Of a stretch of DNA of 64,000 nucleotides, positions 56,901 through 64,000 are shown in pieces. This DNA is from Epithemia pelagica. Taxonomy: Eukaryota > Protista > Bacillariophyta. Location of the stretch: contig OX337231.1 of the NCBI GenBank assembly GCA_946965045.2, forward strand, positions 3,962,360-4,026,359, in the 5' to 3' direction. The stretch's first letter is position 1; every line of letters starts with the position of its first letter. Under the pieces are notes generated by a model, which did no database searches, was not told the DNA's origin, and worked only from the letters and a program-made list of their open reading frames with translations. The position numbers were made by a program, and so were the translations under genes.

Positions 56901-57329
56901 ACAAAGAGGAGGAGGAGGAGGAGGAGAATGATGATGATGGCTGCTTGGAGAAGAAGGAAGATCCAGACCGTGTTGGTGATGGCCTTCGTTGGTCCACAGA
57001 GGCCGAGTTTCATGATCCGGACAATTCGTACGATATCAGGAGGATGACAAGCCTGCACACGACGAGACCACAGTGAGTCTTTGAGGGCGTGCTCCAGAAC
57101 GCGATGCAGAGTTTGAAGACAAGGTTCAAAACAAGAGTCGTCGTCAAGAGCAAAAGAAGACCCACCAAAAGAATAGGCAAGACGCTCGGTTGGTGTCTTG
57201 TTTATTGAGAGTTTCGGAAAATCGTGACTCCTCCACAGTACTCAGTCGCCAACAAGCCTTGAGTCAGTCGATGCGCCCAATGGCTCAGACGACTTGTGGC
57301 CAGTGAAAAGCTGCGATTCTTTGATCGGA

Positions 57330-57475
57330 GTGCTGCGGATATTCGCAAGGCCTATATCGCAGCATGGTCACCCGTGTACATCCAGATCAAAATCACAATG
57401 GTCGAGCGGACCGTGCATTGCCTACAGTATTCTGTCGGATAAGAGTCAACACAAAGAGTACGATGAAACCTGGAG
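57330..57475 (+). pseudogene. Frameshifted DnaJ (J-domain) remnant
   Basis: SAADIRKAY, RVHPDQNHNGRADRA and IAYSILSDKSQHKEYDE occur in order but in different frames. Confidence 0.6.
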
Positions 57476-57822
57476 CGTTCAGTCCTATGATGGATGGATG
57501 GATGGATGGAATGATCGACAAACGCGGCTGGCTCAAACCACACAAGCGACTCTCATGACAGTCGTACGACTTGTTACCATGGTCCAGAAAGTTGTAGGAC
57601 CATTTGCCGTTCCTGTTGGAATTCTCGCGGCTGTTTTCCTTTGAAGTCGGCGTTCCATACTGTTGGAGTCGGTTCATTGTCAAGTGGAATGGTTTTGTAT
57701 CAGTATGAAACTCAAACATTCAAGTGAAGCCGTAGGAGAACAACAAGGCATCTCATCCTCCTCCGACCATAGTACCAGATCCTATTACAAAAGCAGCACC
57801 ACAGAGCAGCAGCGGTCCAATC

Positions 57823-59851
57823 TTGCATCAATTGGAACTGAATAATTTCACCTTGCAGGATGTGACACAACGCACAATGGGTCAAGACAGTGAGGAAGCA
57901 GCAGAGTTTGTGGTGACGGTGCGAAATGAGCATGTGAAAATGAAAGAGTGGTACAACAGCAGCCACAACCACAGCCCGGTGACACGAATGCTACAGGATA
58001 AGTACGGTCCGTATCCCTCCATGTGGAAAGAAGTCCTGAATTGGCCAGGATGGAAGGAAACTCGGAAGGAATATCTCAAGGCAATGCAACAACAAGAAAA
58101 TCGTCCCGGAGGAGTTGCCGTCAAAATTGAGAGCGACACCAATAACAATGGCACTGCTGGAGAGGCTCCCCGCAAACGAAAATCGCGATGGGGCAAAGCG
58201 GCATCCGAACCTTCGAATGGCCAGTCGGATCCTCCTGTGAACAAACGATTCGCTCCCCTGCCACCAGTCCCATCCTCACGACAACCACCCCGTGTCGTCT
58301 TGCCTAGCATGTCCTTGGTCAACACCAACTTGACGCAGCAACAACAACAGGATCTCCGAACCAAGCAAGCCAAGCTTCGTGCCGTGAACGATCGTCTGGA
58401 AAATCTAGAAGTTGAAGCAGCACGTGTCGATGCGCTCCCACGAGAACATCGAGATCGATCGCCTTCGCCGCCTCCAAGTAAGTATAATCGTTTGCTCACA
58501 ATCGACTTTTGTGTTGCCTATTGGGGTTCGAACAAGAGTCCATTCCATGTTTCTTGTACCTTACCATCTTTTTCTTGTTTCTATATGTCTCTAGTTTACG
58601 GTGCTGATGGGAAATGAAAAAATACACGAGCGGTCCGTTGGAGGGAACGATACACGGCGGAGCGTCAAGACTTGTTGGAAAGTATCATGCGGTTATCCAA
58701 CAAGGGCAACGTTGGACCCGTGTTACCAACGGGGGCGGCTTCCTTATTGGTACGACGGCGAGTCAAAAAGATTCGAGTACCCGTAGAAGAACATCCTAAC
58801 TACAATTTTATTGGATTAATCATTGGACCACGAGGCAAGACGCAAAAAGAATTGGAAGCCAAGACGGGCTGCAAAATTGCCATTCGCGGTCGGGGATCGG
58901 TCAAGGAGGGAGCTCGTGGTCGCCGGGATGGTAAAGTCATGGACGGAGACAATGAACCCTTGCATGTGGCCATTTCGGGAGATGATCAACGTGCTGTGGA
59001 TGCGGCATCGGAGATGATTGAACAAATGCTCGTCGTCATTGACGATGAAAAGAATGTGCACAAACAACAGCAGCTTCGAGAATTGGCCCTCTTGAATGGT
59101 ACATTGAAGGAAAATGATGCCTTTTGCGAAATTTGTGGTGAGAAAGGACATCGATCCTTTGAATGTCCCAAACGATTCCTTAACAAGGGTGCCATGGGGG
59201 GGGGGGGGAGGCATCAAGTGTGCCATTTGTGGTGACACTAGTCATCCCACACGCGATTGTACGCGACGCAATCTGGACCCTACCAATCCTGCGGGCGGTG
59301 ATGCCAACCAACAAGGAAGTGAACAAAAGATTGATTCTGAATATCTCTCTTTCATGGCTGAACTGGATGACTAAAAGGCCAACCAGCCAGCCAACGAACC
59401 GACATCAAATGACGGTGGGGACAAACTTCCACCTCCACCACCCAATGGAAGCCTTCCACCCTTGCCGCCTGCACCGGAAGGGCCACCACCCTTACCTCCC
59501 TCTGCAGCATCGACTACCAGTGGAACTACGCAACCTCCTCGTCCCTCCGCGCATGCCCCAAATTCTTTGTATAGAAATTTCCAACCCGAAGGAAGTATGG
59601 CACAGCCACAACAACAACAATATCATCAACAAGCAGGATATGGTGCGGGCTATAACAACCAACAGTATCAGTATGGGAGCTATGGACCACAATCACACCA
59701 GCAGCAGCCCCAACAAGCTACACCGCCACCTCAACAACAGCAGCAAGCAGCCACACCGGTCAAACCAGGTGAAGAAACTGCCGGGTGGGACCATTCTAGT
59801 TACTACGGTAGCTACGACAATGGGGGAGGAGGATTCAATTGGTGGTTATGA
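57823..59851 (+). pseudogene. SF1: Splicing factor 1 / branchpoint-bridging protein with two in-frame stops and a frameshift; intron 58478-58594
   Basis: RKRKSRWG, RSPSPPP, KH FIGLIIGPRGKTQKELEAKTGCKIAIRGRGS, QUA2 LRELALLNGTL and two CCHC knuckles. TGA at 58615, G13 run at 59196-59208, TAA at 59372. Confidence 0.9.
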
Positions 59852-60047
59852 CCATGTATCAACTTCTTCCTCGTTTCCATTCAAAAAGACTAACACCTAA
59901 CTGAAAACTCTCCTTCCATAGCAAATAATAGCAGCACCATCTTTGCTCCGTATTTCGTGACCGCGTTTGGGTCGCAGATTCGGAGGACCATCCATTCACG
60001 ACATGATCATCCGAATGCCTGAAAGATACCCTGATGGACAATGAACC

Positions 60048-60484
60048 ATGAACTCCAAGTCCTTGCTATTATGCGTCCCCCTTGCTGTTTGTTTCTACGA
60101 AACTGTCTCGTTCAATGTGCAATTCTTTCCTCAAACCCTCGGTGCAAATAATGTCAGGAGATTCTTTTCTGCAGCAAATTCTGTAACTTCTGTCGAAAAA
60201 GACGATTCCGAGGCTCGTCCGAAGCGGACCAAATTGTCTCGTCCAGAGCGCAAAGCCTTGGAACGTGCAAGGAAAGCCAAAGCCTCATCGCAACAAGACG
60301 GCAATCGCAAAAGACAAACTTCCACGGTCGATTCTCCCGAATTGACGGCCGAATCCACGTCGGAGCAGGTGTTGACGGCCATTAAGAGAGCCCAAAATAG
60401 TCGAGATACAGCTCAACTCAAGAGAATTGCAAAATTGTTGTTGGAGACGACAAATGACTCGTTTATGGCCAATGGCTCCCAAGG
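60048..60484 (+). pseudogene. engB: Displaced 5' end of the EngB gene with a bipartite plastid-targeting peptide
   Basis: Signal peptide MNSKSLLLCVPLAVCFYETVS followed by F (ASAF-like). Ends in AQLKRIAKLLLETTNDSFMANGSQG, which overlaps the start of 49102..50548. Confidence 0.75.
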
Positions 60485-60489
60485 GTTCC

Positions 60490-61350
60490 TTCGTTGTGGC
60501 GGCCCATCCTCACGATATCGATAGATGTGTGATGTTCATGGTCGATCAATACACACCTCGTCGTATCTTAAAGCATCGACGCCTCTGCCCTGTAAAACAC
60601 AAGTGCTGGTTGACCTGGAATCCATCTCATTTCATAGATTCAGTTGACTGAATATTCCAAACGTATGCGTCCTCCGCACTCGACATGCCATTGTACGGTC
60701 AAGACTCTGTGCTTCGTGTCGCCATGTCCTCTTCTTCTTCTTTTGTTGTCGATCACTTTGATCTGTCGATTGTTTCTTTCACCAGCTCTGGCGGATCCAA
60801 ACTATGAGAATGTACGTGTGAGATTTTAGAAGCAGAAGTGGCCGAGTTTGTGGGAACTCCAACACTCTCCCGATCCAACGACCACCCATGTGTCCCTCCC
60901 CGACAGATTGTATTGCCAGTCATTGCATGCATCAACGGTTGGCACCATTGTGCAACGCGAACGCATTCGAACAAAATGGTGAGACGAAGATCCAACTCGG
61001 AAAAGGACGAATCATTGGATTCGTTGGATGATGATTGACTGGAAGCAAAAGTATTGGTGGTCTTCGTGTCGGCAGTTTCTTGCTCGTTCTCTGCAAAAGA
61101 ATGCTGCAGTACCCGATCATGGCTCAACTCAAGAGAATTGCAAAATTGTTGTTGGAGACGACAAATGACTCGTTTATGGCCAATGGCTCCCAAGGATCCT
61201 TGTTATCGCGACTGACCGTGGCGGCCTTGCGTCTCAACAATCATGCAATTGCCACGGACGCCATTTCCCATCGTCAAAATCAGTTTCGCAATGACATGAA
61301 TCCTCTGGAAAGTTGTGCGATTGTACGAACTCTATTGCGCGCTGGAAATG
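60490..61350. repeat. Diverged duplicate of about 48487-49330
   Basis: Colinear similarity from ttcgttgt(g/t)gcggcccatcc to ctattgcgcgctggaa. Confidence 0.88.
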
Positions 61351-61884
61351 TGGTGGCGCTTGTTCGTGTCGTCGTGTTGGTGGCGGTGGCGCTGGCTCAT
61401 GATGATACCTCGAAGTGGGATAGGATGACGAGGGTGGGGTGGAACCATGCCAGGGAGACGACAAGGACGTGTGGTAGGACGATTGGGTCGAATACTGTTG
61501 GGATTGTCCTTGTTGCTGTTGTTGCTGCAAACGATGGGGGAGCAACCAATCGGCAGCCGCCATGGCCACGGCCCCTAAGGATATTTCACTTTTTTGGGAG
61601 CTTTTAGTAGTAGAGACCGTAGAATTTGAACGTGTGCATATGAGCACAAAATCCTATAGTGCCTGTTGCATATGAGCAAGGATTTGTTGCGGATGAGCTG
61701 CAATTTGTTATGCTTTTGTTGCGATTGAGCAGTGGCCTTGTCTATGCCCCTTTGACCACTCCCCAAAAGCAGTCATATTCAATATGCTCTATACTGGCCA
61801 AATACTTTTCAGAGCTCTGCCAGTTAGGTTTTTGTCTTGCCCTAAGGAGAAAGTGCCTGTCCGTAGGCCTACGTAGACTCTAGC

Positions 61885-62015
61885 GTCCCACTGCAGAACA
61901 GCCCCCATCCCACTTGTCCCACTGCAGAATCGCCCTCTGTCCCACTGCAGAAGTGCCCTGTCCCACTGCAGAACAGCCTGCTGTCCCACTGCAGAACAGC
62001 CCACTAGAACAGCCC
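61885..62015. repeat. Minisatellite: five GTCCCACTGCAGAA cores at 21-31 bp spacing
   Basis: Cores at about 61885, 61916, 61939, 61960 and 61983. Confidence 0.9.
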
Positions 62016-62242
62016 TAGTCTAGTCATACCTATGCCCATGCTTATTAGTTAGTCTTAGCTCGACTAGTATCATTTCCCGTCACTACAAGTGCGACTGGGT
62101 CAGATTTTTGTGTGAAATGACCCTTCTTTGGGCCTAATTTTTTTTTGTGAGACGTGATTAGATTTTTGTGAGATGACTCTTCTATGGGTCTTTTGATGAT
62201 GGTCTTTACCCCGACACACAGTAACTACTAACTTAATACTAT

Positions 62243-63427
62243 CTACTTGAATGCTTTCTTTGCATATGGATTCCTTGGTAGAGCTGGTTGTGCCACAGAC
62301 GGTCTGGCTGCTGTGGTTGCATGAGGTGTCTGTGTCACTGTCATGCCCATCCGTTGTTCAACACTCTGACACAGAAAAGCATGAAACGAATGGCTGTCGC
62401 ATGTTACTTCGGACATGAAATCAGTCATTGCTCTGGATTGTCCATTGGTCTTCCTTGACTCATATACATCGATCATCAGCCGCTTCAATCTTCGTTGTAA
62501 TGGACATGCACTGGGATGGTGTTGCTTGTAGCCGCGCCTGCTGAACACATCAAAGCAGTAAAAGCAGGCCTTGTTGCTCAAGACTGTTCGGAAATCGACT
62601 TGGCACTGTCCTCTCTGGTGACCTGGCTGACCACAGTTGAAGCATGCTCCATAAGGCAGACAGCTTTCACCATTGCATCCTGCCTCCTTGCACACAATGC
62701 ATTCTCTTGTAAGCCTCGCCAGATAGGATTCAGCCTTTTCTGCATCAATGTCTTCATTCCTGACCCTCTCCCTGACTTTGGAGTGTCCACTTTGACTTGA
62801 TTGTTCAACACACCAATCACACACACCACAGCAATCCACCTCCAATCCGAATCGTCTTGACAGACCTTGTACTCGGCATGTTCTTTCGGCCAGCCACTTT
62901 GCTATTGAACTTGAGCCAAACACCGACTCAAGGTGAGCTCTTGATTCAGATCCAGTCAGTAATCCTTTGTCTTCAAGTAGCCTCAATGTCTGGTCTTCTT
63001 GGAGATCCCTTGCTGTGTGTCCTGTGCTGTACAACACAGTGATACTCCCATCAGGCTTTCTCTGACTTGGCCGTAGGCGTCCCACAGCTTGGACGATGTT
63101 CATTAGACTGTATATCATGCCGCATACAATCACATGTCGACAATTGTGATTCTCATTACCACATAGTGCACATGTTGTTGAGACCAAGATTCGGATGTCC
63201 CCAGATCTCCACTGCTGGGCAACTGCTTCTTGTCTACTTGAAGGCTCATCCGATGACAGAGCTTCAACTGAAAGGTTGGTTGATTGCTTGAGGCACTGTG
63301 CAATGTCGGTACACTGCTGTTTAGTTGCCACAATCACATGTACACAGGTTGATGACTCTGTGGTTACTTTGCCTTTGGTGCAGATCACTGTGTCATGGAC
63401 TAGTTGTGATGATTGGACTGTCTCAAT
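62243..63427 (-). pseudogene. RecQ-like telomere-linked helicase C-terminal half with Cys/Zn-rich tail, 5' end lost at the telomere
   Basis: Motif IV VIVATKQQC; WRSGDIRILVSTTCALCG (V); RHVIVCG...IVQAVGRL (VI); RecQ Zn CRVQGLSRRF...CCGVCDWC; knuckles CFNCGQPGHQRGQC and CFYC...HHPSAC. Confidence 0.75.
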
Positions 63428-63436
63428 TCAGAAACC

Positions 63437-64000
63437 TTAGGGTTAGGGTTAGGGTTAGGGTTAGTGTTAGGGTTAGGGTTAGGGTTAGGGTTAGGGTTAG
63501 GGTTAGGGTTAGGGTTAGGGTTAGGGTTAGGGTTAGGGTTAGGGTTAGGGTTAGGGTTAGGGTTAGGGTTAGGGTTAGGGTTAGGGTTAGGGTTAGGGTT
63601 AGGGTTAGGGTTAGGGTTAGGGTTAGGGTTAGGGTTAGGGTTAGGGTTAGGGTTAGGGTTAGGGTTAGGGTTAGGGTTAGGGTTAGGGTTAGGGTTAGGG
63701 TTAGGGTTAGGGTTAGGGTTAGGGTTAGGGTTAGGGTTAGGGTTAGGGTTAGGGTTAGGGTTAGGGTTAGGGTTAGGGTTAGGGTTAGGGTTAGGGTTAG
63801 GGTTAGGGTTAGGGTTAGGGTTAGGGTTAGGGTTAGGGTTAGGGTTAGGGTTAGGGTTAGGGTTAGGGTTAGGGTTAGGGTTAGGGTTAGGGTTAGGGTT
63901 AGGGTTAGGGTTAGGGTTAGGGTTAGGGTTAGGGTTAGGGTTAGGGTTAGGGTTAGGGTTAGGGTTAGGGTTAGGGTTAGGGTTAGGGTTAGGGTTAGGG
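63437..64000 (+). repeat. Telomeric array (TTAGGG)n, about 94 units, one TTAGTG variant at 63461
   Basis: Read directly from the sequence; G-rich strand runs 5'->3' toward the end. Confidence 0.99.

Noticed and set aside
61885-62015. CRISPR-like reading of the 14-bp cores (and of the 179-bp array)
   Set aside because: Eukaryotic context, spacers only 7-17 bp and related to each other, no cas genes.

Overview
This window is the right-hand end of a eukaryotic chromosome, ending in about 94 TTAGGG repeats from 63437. It most likely comes from a diatom or other stramenopile (short GT-AG introns, a bipartite plastid-targeting peptide, CYP97). The subtelomere is a rearranged mosaic. (1) 4.6-32 kb is a segmental duplication of a MAN1/Src1-like gene, a 776-aa unknown gene and a GPCR gene, with reciprocal decay between copies. 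A 5'-truncated CRE-clade RT/RLE retrotransposon sits in one copy between 10-bp GTTGTTGTTG TSDs. (2) 32.5-45.8 kb is the most novel-looking part. A Mutator-type transposase is clustered with a PrimPol-type primase/Zn-finger/UL9-like SF2 helicase fusion, a Ulp1-like protease-RING fusion, a TET/JBP-like 2OG-Fe(II) dioxygenase and a 179-bp tandem array. It is internally rearranged with a near-identical 3.26-kb duplication. (3) A twice-present element (11.5-13.4 and 52.4-54.0 kb) encodes a TM/coiled-coil protein followed by hairpins whose differences preserve pairing. (4) 46-61.6 kb holds damaged or scrambled housekeeping-gene copies (CYP97, ataxin-3-like, EngB, DnaJ, SF1). (5) A RecQ-like telomere-linked helicase is cut off by the telomere. 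All family calls come from motif recognition by eye; no searches were run.
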